From positions 4,590,001 through 4,654,000 of the forward strand of contig NC_045698.1 of NCBI RefSeq assembly GCF_009834535.1: DNA of 64,000 nt, read 5' to 3'. This document shows, piece by piece, positions 1 through 14,664 of this stretch. Positions within the stretch are counted from its first letter, which is position 1, and each line of letters opens with the position of its first letter. The notes under the pieces were generated by a model. It made no database searches. It was not told the DNA's origin and saw nothing but the letters and a program-made list of their open reading frames with translations. The position numbers and the translations under genes are program-made. Origin of the DNA: Camelus ferus. Taxonomy: Eukaryota.

Positions 1-95
1 CTGTCCATAGTGGAATGATCGCTACAGTAAGCTAATGAGCATGTCCATCTCTTCACATAGTCAATCTCATTTTTTTTAGGTGGAGACTTTTGAAA
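1..95 (-). mobile_element. L1MA-like 3' end fragment
   Basis: gtggaatgatc...aagctaatgagcatgtccatctcttcacatagt resembles L1MA9/10 3' end. Confidence 0.5.
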
Positions 96-699
96 AGCCT
101 CCCTGTCCCCCTTAAAGCTCAGCTTCTGGTGAAGGAGCACGTGTGCCCACCGGGGTCAGGGCATGCATCCTTGGACAAGAAGGACTCAAAGCATAATTTG
201 AGGGGTCCCTGATTATAGACTCCCTATAGACCATTTCCCAAATTCTGTTACATATTCCTTCCACGGGAATATTCCTTCCATATTCCATGATGTCATATTT
301 GTGTGACATAATGGAGCTGATTTTTGGGATTTGTTCTGCTGAGCCCCCGACTCCAGTTTCCCGATTGGACCATGGATTCAGGCAACCTTGGAATCCTCAT
401 CTGGGATTGTGAGGTGCTAGACCTGATGATCTGCAGAGCATCACCTGCTTCTCAGGTGAGGTGGGAAGGGGTAGTCTTGGGATGGCTGTGCGGTTGAAAT
501 GTGATGACCCCCCCCCCCCAATGGGACAATGGGTCTAGGGTCTTAGGCATTGCTTATCAAAGATGCTCAGGACACCACAGAGGGAGCGCCAGACGCCGTG
601 AGACTCCAGGCTGGACACAGCTCTACCTCTGCAGTCATCTTGCCAAAAAAGACAAATCTGAATTCTATCAAGACTCTAGATCCAATTGACCAATTTACA

Positions 700-1240
700 G
701 AAAATAGAGCCCACAGGGAACACGTTAAGGGACAACACAGGGAGACAGATCTGCAAAATCCAGACTGTAGGAACCATATTCTTCAACCACAGATTGCCCC
801 CTGCCCCTCACAAAAAAAGCAAAAATGATGAGAGAGAAATCATAGATTAAAAACTTTGGAAGATACGAATCAACCAATTGTTAATACATAGATCTTTTTG
901 GAAAAAAACGAGCAATTAAAAATTTTATAAGACTATCAAAGATACTACAGATCAGACATTTGATGATATTAAGACATTATTATTAATATCTTAATGTGAT
1001 GATATCATAGTTATGTGTTAAAACAAGAATGCTTGTAACTTAGAAATAACTTTTATGGATAAAATGTTACATGGGATTTGCTTTAACATGACTGGGAGGG
1101 GAGAAAGTGGGTGAGGATATTAGTGAACAGATTTGACCACGAGTTGACAATTACTGAATCTGGGTAATGAGTACATAGAAGTTCATTAAATATATTCTGT
1201 CTACTGTTGTATAAATTTGAAAATTTCCATAATTAAAGAG
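700..1240 (+). mobile_element. Ancient L1 (L1MC-like) 3' end
   Basis: tttgatgatattaag...gggatttgcttt...ctgggtaatgagtacatagaagttcatt...gtataaatttgaaaatttccataat. Confidence 0.65.
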
Positions 1241-1384
1241 GAAAATAATTCATTTGACAGAAAAACTCACTCCCAAGATTTCCTTTAATGAGTGGACTGA
1301 GTGCTTGAAACTTTCAAAACGTTTAGCACCCACCTTTGCAGGAACATAGCTCTTTTACAATGCATGAAAAATAGCTAATTTATG

Positions 1385-1835
1385 TTTGCATAGAGAGCTT
1401 TTATAAATCAATACACTCTCCCCAGAATGACAAAAATATCAAGTAATTCACAGAAATTTTAAAGATGGCTTTAAAACACATGAAAATGTGCTGAATTTCA
1501 CTTAAAAATGAAGGTAAATTAAAATGATAACCATTTATCACAGAGTCCTCGGTAAACATTTCAAAGTTTTGTTCCATGTCACATTACAAACTTTCCTTGG
1601 TTAATGAGAATACAGAACAATCTGACGATACGTATTAAAATTCAAAATAACCCTGCCACTTCACACTAATAGGAGTTTATCCTATGCATTCTCAAGTAAG
1701 TGAAGATAGATGTACAAAAATACCCATTGTAGCATTGCTTTTAATAGCATGTGACTGAAATGAACTGAAGCTACACTGATACAAGGTTGGTTAAACTATG
1801 ATAAACATATGGTTAAGGAATATAGCTCTTTGAAG
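1385..1835 (+). mobile_element. Degenerate L1ME-like ORF2 end fragment
   Basis: aattcacagaaa...aaacacatgaaaatgtgct...gtagcattgcttttaatagc. Confidence 0.45.
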
Positions 1836-1883
1836 AAAACCTCTCTTGGTGAACACAGAATCACTAGCACACAGTGCAGGTGG

Positions 1884-1915
1884 CTCTCTCTCTCTCTCTC
1901 TCCCTCCCTCTCTCC
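1884..1915. repeat. (CT)n / CCCT microsatellite
   Basis: ctctctctctctctctctccctccctctctc. Confidence 0.9.
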
Positions 1916-2759
1916 CCCACCCCCTTTCCCTCATCATATTATTTGCTTCCTGGGGACCAGAGATTACCCACAAGCTGTTGTAACCCACTGACTACTCTAG
2001 TCGGCTCTCACTGTATGGTAGCATTTTCTGAATTACTTGCGGTATCAAGGTGCTTTCCACAGCAGAGCATGACCCGTCCAGAAAATGCCTCAACTAGTAA
2101 GGGAGGTCGTCACCTTGGATGCCAAGGGGTCTGGAGAGGGAGACTGTGGTGTGGCTGACTCTACTGCTCAGTGAGGTAACCGAGGGCATCTTCTTTACAT
2201 CATTCCATTCGGCCCCCAGAGCGCTGGTCACCCTCTTCTCCAGCCTCAAGACGGCTGCAGCAGAGCCAGACAGCCTATGTAACTGTGTCCAGTGGTGAGG
2301 AGGGGAGCTTCCTCTTGGATGCCTCTTTTATGCTCACCTGGAAGGCTTCCCCAGGAAAGTTCTGGCAGACTTTCCTGAAGGTCCTGTCCTCTAGCACAGA
2401 GCTGTGTGCTGTGTTTACATCACAGGAGGGATGTAGATGCATCATGGTTCAGCCTCTGGCCCTGTGTACCTGGCCAGGCTGACACCTGGACAGAATGGGG
2501 GTTCTGTCTGCTAAAACAGAGGGGGGCAGCAGGGCCAAAAGGACTCGAGTGGACGACCAGCAGCACCTGCCAACAGGTTGGCATGTCAAAATGGGAGATT
2601 TCAGGCTCACGCCTGCATCTCCAGTTTTGTCATGAGAAAGACCATCTCTGGTACCTTGGCTGGGTCTTGCCCTTCTGCTGGCTGGACATGGCAGCCGTGG
2701 CCCTTTACAGTAGGACCCCATGGTCCCCACCACTCCTCATTCATGTCACACTGGGGGCC

Positions 2760-3505
2760 CAGTTATTCCTCTCCCAGCATCCAATGCCCCTTGCAACGTG
2801 ACCTCAGCCCTTCTATCAAGAGGGGAGGCTGTTTCCCCACCCCTTAAATCTTGCCAAGACCTGGTCACTCGCTTGGGCTCACAAAACTGGGAAGAAGTAC
2901 ATGCCTGATTGCTTTCTTTTCTTCTTTTTTAAAATTGAAGCACAGAGGATTTACAATGTTAATTTCTCATGTACAGCATACTGACTCAGTTATACATAGA
3001 TATAATCCTTTCCATATTCTTTTTCATTATAGGTTATTACAAGATATTGAATATAGTTCCCTGGGCTATTCAGTAGGACCTTGTTGTCTATTTTATATAT
3101 AGTAGTGTGTATTTGCAAATCCCAAACTCCCAATTTATCTCTCCACCCCCACCCCATTTTCCCCCAGCTGCTTGCTTTCTTGAAAGTCTGTTCAGCCACC
3201 CTGAGAATGAGCTGGGGCCAGCTTGGTGGATAATGAGAAACACATGGGCCAGTTAACTCTGCTGTCCTAGTTGCCAGCCAGCCAACTGCCAGTCATATGA
3301 ATGTGGCCACCCTAGACCAGCCAGGCTTCAGCGCACCTTCTAGTTGACTGGAGCGTCTAAGTGATCTGTAAGCCAATTTCAGCTGTGTCTGACCCAAATC
3401 AGCAGAACCACTCAGTTGATCCATAGACTTTTGAGCAATACAACACTTATTTTAAGCCACTGAGTTTGGGGGTGATTTGTTACTTGTCAGCAGCTGACTA
3501 ATACA
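2760..3505 (+). mobile_element. MLT1F/G-like MaLR solo LTR interrupted by an L1 at 2905-3181
   Basis: 5' part gtgacctcagcccttctatcaagagg; 3' part gccagccagccaactgccag...ttttaagccactgagtttgggggtgatttgttac...gactaatac. Confidence 0.65.
2919..3167 (-). mobile_element. 5'-truncated artiodactyl-type L1 3' end with TSD
   Basis: T-tract then ttcattataggttattacaagatattgaatatagttccctg...cccaaactcccaatttatc; TSD ctgattgctttctt (2905-2918) / ctgcttgctttctt (3168-3181). Confidence 0.8.
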
Positions 3506-3590
3506 CACACACACCCCCCTGACTTTTGTCAGTTACTTATATCACCTGTTCAGCTCCTATGAGCAACTGAGTTTGGGAAGTTTGGATTAG

Positions 3591-3770
3591 GCAGAAGTTT
3601 CCAAACTTTACTGTGCTTAAGAATTGTCCAGGGACTTTATGTGATACATTGATTCCTGGGCTTCACTTCAAGAAGGTTTCAGTAGTTTGCATGAGCCCCA
3701 GATACCTGCATTTTAACCAGCATATCAGATTCTGGCACTGGTAGTCCATGAAACTCACTTTGGACACCAT
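3591..3770. mobile_element. MER5-like hAT-Charlie MITE
   Basis: tttccaaacttt...gattcctgggc...ctgcattttaaccagc...cactttgga. Confidence 0.6.
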
Positions 3771-4261
3771 TTGTTCATGAGAACAAATCACTACAATCAT
3801 AATGTAATCTCTACTATTATCTCTCCTCTAATATCAGGAGAGAGAAAAAAGTAACTTTTGGCCAAAAAGGGAAAATGCTTGGCTTATCTGTGAAAATTGA
3901 TGAGCAAAGAGAAAGACCTCCCCTGCCCAGAATCTCAGAGGCTGTATTGTTTCTTGATTTACATACAGAAATACATCTCTTCTAATTTACATAAAAAGAT
4001 TTATGATCAAATCCATACATAATACAATTCAGATATAATTACAAGAAGTTGAGTGATGACTGATGAAACAAACTAAGGGGGATGAACCAGAGGCAACAGC
4101 AAAGATGGAGCAGGAGGCCATGGTAAGGGGCTGGGAGGGATGACTTAAAACGTTAAAACAAGTAAACAATGACAACCTGTGTAGCAGATCCTGGAAGCCA
4201 GGTAAGGAGACTGCCTGCTTTCATTCCCAGTGGGTCGGTGAGTCCCCCACTGGTCATCCCA

Positions 4262-5445
4262 CCGATGTTCACTGAGGACCTATCATGTGCCAAACATGGT
4301 CCTTGAGCTGGCCCACAGGAGGGAACAGGACAGATAAAAATTCCTCTCCTTGTGGCGCTTACATTCTAATGGGGTGAGGGGACACAGATGAAAAAACAAG
4401 GTAAATAAAATTTACATTAGATAGTATAGTGGGTTGAATTGTGTCCCCCCAAAAGATATGTCCAAGTCCTAACCCTGGGTACCAGTACATTGTAACCTTA
4501 CTTGGGAATAGGGTCTCCTAAGATGCAGTTAAGAGATCAACAGCATGAGCCCTCAACCAATAGAATTGGTGTCCTTAGAAGAAGAGACAGACACAGGGAG
4601 AACCCTAAGCAGTGATGCAGATGGAGATTGGAGTGACGCACCTAAAAGCCGAGGCACACCAGGAATCGATGGCAACCCCAGAAGAGTAAGGCTCCCTCCT
4701 AGAGCCTTTAGAGAAAACATGGCCCGGGCAACACCTTGATTTCAGACGCTAAGCCTCCAGGACCTCGAGAGAATGAATTTCTGTTGTTTTAAGCCACCTT
4801 GTTTGTGGAATTTTGTTATGTGTCCCTAGGAAAGTGATGGAGATAAATGCTAAGCAAAATAAAGTAGGGAGTGTTGAGGGTTGGGTTTGTAGTTTAAACA
4901 GAGCCGGCTCGAAGTCCTGAGACCTGAGAGTGAGGAGGGACATCTCAGGGAAGAGCATCCCAGGCAGCTGGCACAGCAAGTACGAAGGCCCTGAGGTAGG
5001 GGTGTGCCTGCTGTGCTAGTGACTGGAGCAGGCTAGGTTAGGGGATCAGACCATGTAGGGACTTGCAGGTCATACTAAGGTTGAAAGAGAAAGCAAGCCA
5101 CCAGAGGGTTTTGAGCAGAAGAGTGGCATGATCTGATTAAAAAAAAAAAAAAAAAAGCTACACTTTCCTTTTTTTTTTGAAGGATCACTCAAGTGGCTGT
5201 GGGGAGACAATGTCAAAGGTGGAAAGAATGGAATGTGGGGATCAGCTAGAAGGCACTGTTTAAAATAGGCCAAAAATGTTGGTGGCTTGAAGGGGGCGTC
5301 AGTGGGGGGTGTGGTTAACAACGGGGTGGCTATAGGGTTTTGGCTGTTTCTGGCAGGTGGAAGCCAAGAGGATGCATTGGTTATGGAGAGAGAGCAACCT
5401 GGGATTACTTCTGGAATTTTGGCCTGAGTCACTGGAAGAAAGGAG
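4262..5445 (-). mobile_element. L2 fragment interrupted by an MLT1 LTR (4425-4835)
   Basis: actgaggacctatcatgtgcca...gcttacattcta; gggaagagcatcccaggcag...aaggccctgagg...gagggttttgagcagaagagtggcatgatctga. Confidence 0.7.
4425..4835 (+). mobile_element. MLT1B/C-like MaLR solo LTR
   Basis: gggttgaattgtgtccccccaaaagatatgtccaagtcctaaccc...caccttgatttcagac...aatttctgttgttttaagccacc. Confidence 0.8.
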
Positions 5446-6442
5446 GTCTGGAGTAATGACTTTTTGACTTGTTTGTGTGTGATTTTCTGTAGTTTATTTA
5501 GCTAGACGTGTTCTAATCCTAGATCAGAATTTCCACATGTGCAACATACAGGTACTGAAAAACGCCTAAATTGAAATATTCACTTTTACCAAGTAACACC
5601 ATTTAGCCAAAAACCTTAGTATGGAATACACTGACTTCATGTCGGTACCATGTTTGATATGCCAAGCACTTAGCAATGTCTCCTCATCTGTGATACAGAT
5701 GAGGAAGAGACCATTTAAAACACACCCCTTTACGATGTTTAAATGGAAAGGCGCCCAGGCGCTGTGGGAGCAGGTCCCTGGCTCGGCTTCTTGCCTGGCC
5801 CGGGGAAGCATTCCAGGGGCTTGGACCAGGACGGGTGGGGCAGCAGTGTCCGGCACGCAGTCTAGGCTCCCATGGCACAGACAGATTTGCTTTGGACTTC
5901 ACAGAATGTGTGGTTAACATTGCATTCCAAACAGTGCCACTGACAAACCCTGCTCAGAGCATTCTCTGGACACAGGGACCTCAGAGAGCAGACAGCAGAG
6001 CAATTCACTAATGAATCCTGCGGACCCTGTGCCAGCTTGAATAATCCAGGCCACGCGGCCCCACAGCCAAGCACACGGGCTGTTTCTCTGATGGGGAGCA
6101 CTGCCAAGCGTGCCTGGGGAAATCGCACCAGTAAGCTAAGCTGTAAGCTTCAACTTCATTTTCTGCATAGAAAATCACTTTTTAAAGAACACATAAAAGC
6201 CTGTGAGGAGACAGGCAGAAAAGGGTTCTGCCAGGCCAACCCCCCCCCCCCAGGGCCCCAACTCCAGGCGGCCTGCTCCCCCAGGACGCCGGCGAGCACG
6301 TGGGCAGGCACGGACACCAGTAGCCACAGCGTGACCCGGCTGCTCGCAGGATCCGGACGGACCAGAGGGAGCTTGGGGCATTTTTGTCCTTTCCCTGGAG
6401 CAGCGACGGGGCCGCGGCGGGGCTGGCCCGGCACTGACATAG

Positions 6443-8179
<1,737 letters not shown>

Positions 8180-11100
8180 TGAGTGCGCGCGGCCCGGCGC
8201 GGGGATCTGGGGAGGGGAGGGGGCGGCCAGGGGCCCCAAGCCCCTCGTGCTGCGTGGGGACCTGGGCCCGGCGGGGCGCGCGATTGGCCGCGGGGCTCCC
8301 CGGGCAGCGCCGCTGGGCGCTTGGAGTCCCCATCCGGGCTCCCGTTTTTTTTCGAGTTTGGGTGTTGGAGGCCAAAGTCCGACTCTGCCATGAGGCTTTT
8401 AATTTACTTCTATTTATTTGAATTTTAAGCTTCTTTTATAAACGAGTAATGTGTCCAGATTCTAGAACTAACAGTTTGAGAAAGGGGCTGCTGAATCCGA
8501 CTTGTGCAGATGTTTTTCTTATCTTCCCTTGAAACTGGAAAGGAGATCAGATACTTTCTCTCAATCCTCTCTTCCTCGACAGGTTAGGGGCCTTTTGTTA
8601 AAGTTGGGTGGAGGATAGGTGTGGAGTTTTATGTTAAGTTGCCGAGGGTTTATAGTATTGCTAGGAACGTGAATCAAGTTGAAGGTAAAATACTGGTTAA
8701 ATGTAATTTTTTTCCCTCCCAGGTAATCCGTTTAAAAGATGAGTAGGATTTTGGTAGCGATACAATTTAACCGACAGCTAATTTAGAAGTGACTTTTTCA
8801 AGAGAGAGCTTGCTTGTGATTTAATTTTGTGCTGAAATCAACATAGAATGATCTTCAGGCTCCCTTTTTTTTTTTTAAACACTCTAATAGCATTCGAAGA
8901 AAATAAAAACGTTTGTAGCACATATTCTCTAGGAAGTGTCTAAAGGTATTTCCATATTAGCCTAGAGGGAGTTAGAAAGTCTGTTTAGGGTTAGTGCAAT
9001 TACTGGCGGCAAGGACTGGTTTAAAAAAAAAAAAAGATTGATATGTGGGGGTTGGAGCAGCCCCAGGTGAGGCTGCTCTGGTGTAAGTGCTATTTACCCA
9101 GCCTTTTTGCTTTCCTGTGCTTTTCTGAGCACCTGGAAACAAGGTATAGGTACCTAGGTTTTATGTTAGTATTTTAGAACTTTAAAGTTTTCTTGCACAA
9201 TTGCATGCTGACTTAAAGGGCATCTAAGGATTTTCCAGGGTGTTAGGGTTGTAAAACGTTAGAGCCTTATAAATCCTACAGTTGCTAGGTGTTGGGATTA
9301 TTTCTTAAAGTAACTTTTTCTCTGATGGGTCTGTTTATTCTCATTTGAAATATGCTGTAAAACACTTAAATTGATACTGCTTTAAAATGTATATGATACA
9401 CAGTAATATTGCGTGTTCTGCAACATGTTTCACCTGGTGTGGGCTGGAAGTGTTACTTTCTTAAATTTTCGGAAGCCTGAGTATGCACTTCAGCCCTAAA
9501 TAGGAACCCAGCTTCCCCTTCCCTCTCTCCCTTCGGTCTTACGTGTAGAACTTTCCGAGGAGAGATGGTGGGGTGGTGTCTTGATGTTTGGCATCATTCC
9601 AGTTACATGACAGCCTGTAGGTTTCCAGGCTGTCATGTAACTGGAATCCACTTTGGGTCTCAGCACCAGGAAACTAGGAGGACACGTGGTCCTCATTTGC
9701 AGAGCATCCTGGGGCCTGGACCGTCCGGACTCCCACTTCTTCCTTTTAGGCGCTCATGCCAGTGGTAGCATGGTGCTCTGGTGTGAATTGCGCAGGGTCT
9801 GGAAACTTTCCTTGCCCGTAAGTTTCTCGTAGATCTCAGTGCACTCTGTATGTATGTGGCTGTGGCTTTTCTTAATAAACGAGCCCACTACAAGCCAGGT
9901 GCTGGGCTGGGATCTGGGGGAGGGGTTGGCATGGGAGACGTGCAGCCTTAGGACCCTGAGTGGGAAACCTGTCCCTGGTCAGGGAATGCCCCGGCCCTGC
10001 ACACAGGAGCACTGACTGTCCAGGTGTGCGGGTCTCACTCCCCTCACCCTCTTCTGGCTTCTGTGTCCAGTTTTTCATCAGATCCTGTTCAGTCTTTCTG
10101 GACCTCATCCTCCTCACCCTCACGGGGACTGTCGGCATCTCTAGTGAGGTTGCTCACATAACCCGAAGATGGTCATCTTTCACATACTCTTGTCCCACTT
10201 TGGACCTTTCCCAGCCCTGCCAGTGGGGTGATCACCTGTGCCAGCAGGTTTGGTCAGTTCCCACACCCTTGGGACTCTGGGATGGCATCTCATTCATCCC
10301 CCTTAGTTTAGAGGCCAAAGCTTGACACTCAGTGTTTCTCCAGGGCGCTGCCACTTGGGCCCCGTCTGGGGGCCTGCTCTCCCTCTCTGTTGGGGTCTCA
10401 CTACTCCACTCCCTGCCAGCCTGTTAGAAGTCAGCTCCGAGGCCCTGTGATGTAGGGCCAAGAAGCAGGACTCTGAAGCAGCCAGCAGTTCTGTGTTTCA
10501 GCCCACCTAAGTAGGGGCCACTGCAGTAACTAACACTCACGTTACTGCTCTTTTTGTCTCTTTGCGGGCTTGCCTCTGTGGGTGGCGTGTACCGCATCCC
10601 CAGTACATCCCTGGGGCTGTCCATTTTCTTCTATCTCTGCCTAGAGAAGGAGTCTGCTGGGATTGGCTGCCATGTGCCTGGAAGGGCAGGTGCCCTCCGC
10701 TTGGTTCACTGCTCTGAATCCTAGCAGACTGCCAACTTGGAAGGGCAGAGGGGAGAAACTGAACCCGAGCAGTGGTCAAGCCAGTGAGCTTGTCTACGGT
10801 TGGAGGAGGGAGGCGAGCCTAATGATAGTTTAGAGGGGGTCCATCCGCTGGGCTTATGGGAACTAACCTTTTGGTATGGAGAATTGGCTCTGCCTGGAGC
10901 TTGCTCCTGGGCGCAGGTTACCCAGAGTGATGAGGAAGGCCACCAGGAAGTCCTCCACATGTGGCTTAGGATGAGGGAACCGAGGTGCGAGAGCCCCTAG
11001 TGCAACCTGCGGAAACAGATCTTGTTGATGAGCAGTGGCTCAGCCCATGCAGCCTCAGGACAGGCGTTTCTGGAGAGACAGCGTCTCAGCCCTCAAGGAG

Positions 11101-13434
11101 GGGTAAGCGGTTGCCAGTGTGACAGGAGTTTGAGTGGCATCAGCTGAACGCAGCTGAGCCTTTGCTTGCTAGCCTGGGTGGCACCTGGCTCTTCTTTCTT
11201 GGGGAGGTTTCTGCCTTTGGAAACTTTGCCTGGTGGCTGCCTTGAGAGGTGGCCAACCTGTTTTCATCCTTGAGAAGGATGAAGGAAAAACAGGTGAAAG
11301 CGGACTGAGACTAGAGCAAGAACCTTCGGAGTGGAGAAGGTCGCATGCTACTTTGGGAGCTGCCATTGGCTCTAGTTCTTAGTCCACTTTTGGGGTGAAC
11401 TCTCAGACTTTTATTTTGGGAGCGGTGTGGGCAGTGTGAGATGTCCTCTCTGCCCAGGCTTCTGACCTGGAGATGTGGGGAGGGGGCTGGACAGGCTCTG
11501 GGGGCCTGTGCCTCCCAGCCTCTGGCTGCTGCCACTTTGACCTACCCTCACCTCCTGGCCCTTGTCGCCCTGCCCTGGTCAGTCTAACACCTTTGGGACT
11601 CTTCTCAGTTTAAAGGCGAAGAACAGTCCTGCGTACGTGAGGGTAGGGGCGTGGGCCTCAGATACTGCGCTGCGTCCTTTCTGGTGCTGTAGTAGATCAG
11701 GTAGGTCCCTGGAAGAACGTACTCAAATGAGGAAGAACCCAGTGCCTGGTGGACGCCTGCGAACCAGGCTTGTCCAGGCTTCAGTTTGGGCTTTGTCCTC
11801 TCAGGCCTGCCCGCCTGTAGAGAGTGACATGCAGTGTCCTCTCTGCAGATCCCTTGACAACATTCCATTTTTTAACATCTGTTTCTCCAAACAAAATTCA
11901 CTTGGTCTGAAATCTGTGAGAAATGGACAGATGTCATTTGTAGGAATGGTCAGCCACGCCCACAGGGTTCTTTCTGACTCCACATGTGTTCCGCTTCCCT
12001 CCTTTCTCCTGAGAGTCAGTGCCTGGAGAAGATTCAGGCTCCTTCCTCTCCCTCTCAACTCCAAACTGACTTAGCACAAATGACCTCCTGGCATGTCCTT
12101 GGGGGCCCAGGTGAAGGCCATGGCTGTCATGACTCTAGTAGCCTTTGTCTTGTTCCAGTCTCGCCCTGTGACATCCTGGGATGTCTGGGAGAGGTTATTG
12201 TGAGATCTGTCTCGGAAGGCGCTGGTCTCACACGGGCCTGCTTTCCCGAGTGCGCACCCTCAGAGACCCCGGGGGTGTGGGTTCGTAGAGGGAAACACAG
12301 CTGATTGCACTGTGCATGGATGTGCTGCTGCGCTGACCGTGACCAGCTCCCACTCCCACTCCTCCCGCTTAATAGCAGCATCGCAGTTCCCGCCTGTCGC
12401 ACCACGGCCACTCTCTCTGCAAGGTGAAATTGAAAATCTAGTGCAAGATGCTGGCTGTGACAAAGTTGGGATAAGTGATGCCTGGTCACCAGTAAAAGGA
12501 GGACGGGAAACGTTAGGACAACACTTGGGGACGAGGCTGCCGTGGAGGAGGAGGGGGAACAGAGGACAAGACAGACTCTGGAAGTGGAGGGTCAGAGTTT
12601 TCAGTAGGCTGGCAGATGCTGGGGGCTTTGAAAGAATGGGCCCCTCAAATGATTTTTGCAAAAAATGGCCTCCTTAATGCTTCTGGTGTGGAGGTCAGGG
12701 CTGGGTAAAAGCAACTCACCCTCTGCTGCTGTGAGCTCACGACTGGAAAGCAGTGCCAAGGCCGTGCCGTTTGCTGCTGCTTAGGAGTAACATGGGGTTG
12801 TGATTTAATACTTTTAAGAGCAATTTTTAACGGAATGTTTTAAAGTAAAATTTTTCATAATTTTAAGATTTGTTTTTCAAGGTAAAATCTCAGGCCTTCT
12901 TTTGGTCACTATTTAATGTGAAATTTTGGTTCCATTTTAAATGCACTCACGTAAACGGAAGGGAGATAACGGTTTTGAAACTGAGACTTTGTGCCTTGGT
13001 GAGGTCATCACGGTTTAGGATTTGATTTTTTGATTGTGGAGTAAAAGAGGGTTGTAGAGAACAAACAGAAACCTGTGATCTTGACTTTGATGACACAGCC
13101 AGAACGTAGGCTAACGGAAGAGGAGTGACTGGGTCATACTACCTAGGTTCGTGGGAGATTGCCACCTGGAAATTGCCACAGTGTCAGGCAGAAGCGGCCC
13201 CTGGCCAGTAGCTGTGGAGAGGCCCGTCTGGAAGACTCTGGTCAGCTTGTCAGGGTCCCTCTTGGAAGGCGGCTGAGTGAGTGCGGCCCCTGAGGACAGG
13301 CAGACAGCTGGTTTTGTGCTCGGGGCAGATGTCCGCACCGCGAGTGGGCCTCCCAGCGAGGGGGTCGGGGGCGTCTCCCGGACAGCTTGGGATTCGCACT
13401 TCGAGTTAAATGTCTCACTGTAAGGCCTCCCGGC

Positions 13435-13975
13435 TGCACTGGTTTGCCTGTGCTGTGCCACCAGTGTCTACAGACTCAGTGACTTTAGGACAGCACTGAT
13501 GGATTGTCTCACAGTTTCTGTGGGTCAGAGGTCGGGGATGGGGGCAGGAGTCTCTGCTCAGGCACCCACCAGGCTAAAGTCAGGCGTTGGCCGCTGTGTT
13601 TTCTGCTGGAGCTCAGGGTCCTCTTGTGAGGACGCTCTTGTTACTGGCATAATGCAGCTCCTCGTGGTTTTAGGATTGAGGTCCCTGATTTCTTGTTGGC
13701 AGCCGGCTGGGGCCTCTCTCAGCTCCTTAAAGCCACCTGCATCCCTTGGCTCGAGAACCTTCCATCCTCAAAGCGGCAACAGCACTTTGAACCTCTCTGT
13801 CTCTGCCAGCTGGAGGAAGCCTGCCTTAAGGGCTCGCATAGTTGGGTCAGGCGCACCTGGTTGGCTGCGTTAAGGGCGTGTAGTGATACAGCACGATCCT
13901 CAGGAATGGCAATGATTTCATTGTGGCCACAGATTCTGGGGATCAGGGTATGGAATCTTCTGGAGGCTGCTGGCC
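13435..13975 (-). mobile_element. MLT1D/E-like MaLR LTR
   Basis: tctcacagtttctgtgggtcag...gcagctcctcgtggttttaggattgaggtccc...tctggggatcaggg. Confidence 0.65.
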
Positions 13976-14643
13976 GCACATGCAGGTGTCCTCCTGTAGG
14001 TAGACTTCTCTGCTGTGGGAAGCAGGTACTGAGGAGGTTGTGGGTTTTCTCCCCCAACACTTCTCTCTTTTGACTGGACTCCAGCCCATCACGATGTCTC
14101 TTGCAGATAGCTGGTTCTGTCTGTCCCCCGGCTGGGTCATCGCCATTGAACTCAGGGCGACCAGAGTGATCATGGCCGTGAGTGCCTTTCTGTGCCTCTC
14201 TCACGTGAGCTGTTCTTAAAACATGTCATGTGAGAAAAGTTCCCATGAAAGGCACGTGAGCAAGTGTATGAAGATTACGGCGGTCTAATAGTCCTGTTCG
14301 TGAGGTGTCTTGCCTTGGCCTGCTTAGGGAAGGTGCCGTTTCTGTGCTGTGGGAGGCTGGTTGGTGACTCACCCAGGTTGCTTCTGGAGTCCAAACATGT
14401 GGGCACACGACAGTTCATCCTGGCTTTGCAGAAGGCCCCACCCCACTGTCCTCAGCCCAGGTTGATGGGAGTGGCGTCTTGCTCAGAACCCCCGCTTCAG
14501 AGCCCCATCCCTGCCTGTGCAGTTAAACTGCTGCTCTTAAGAACGGATCACTGCTCTCTGGTGTCTGTTCGGGGAAGGCGGGGCCACGTCCTAGCCTGTG
14601 TTCCCAGTGCCAAGTCAGGACTGGCGGGCGAGAGTAAGTGTCT

Positions 14644-14664
14644 GAGAGAGAGAGAGAGAGAGAG
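14644..14664. repeat. (GA)n microsatellite
   Basis: gagagagagagagagagagag. Confidence 0.9.

Noticed and set aside
5139..5178. A-run followed by T-run (potential hairpin)
   Set aside because: Homopolymer expansions within an L2 remnant; low complexity.
8902..9879. Intronic AATAAA hexamers (8902, 9874) as premature poly(A) sites
   Set aside because: Expected by chance in AT-rich intron; no supporting evidence from sequence alone.
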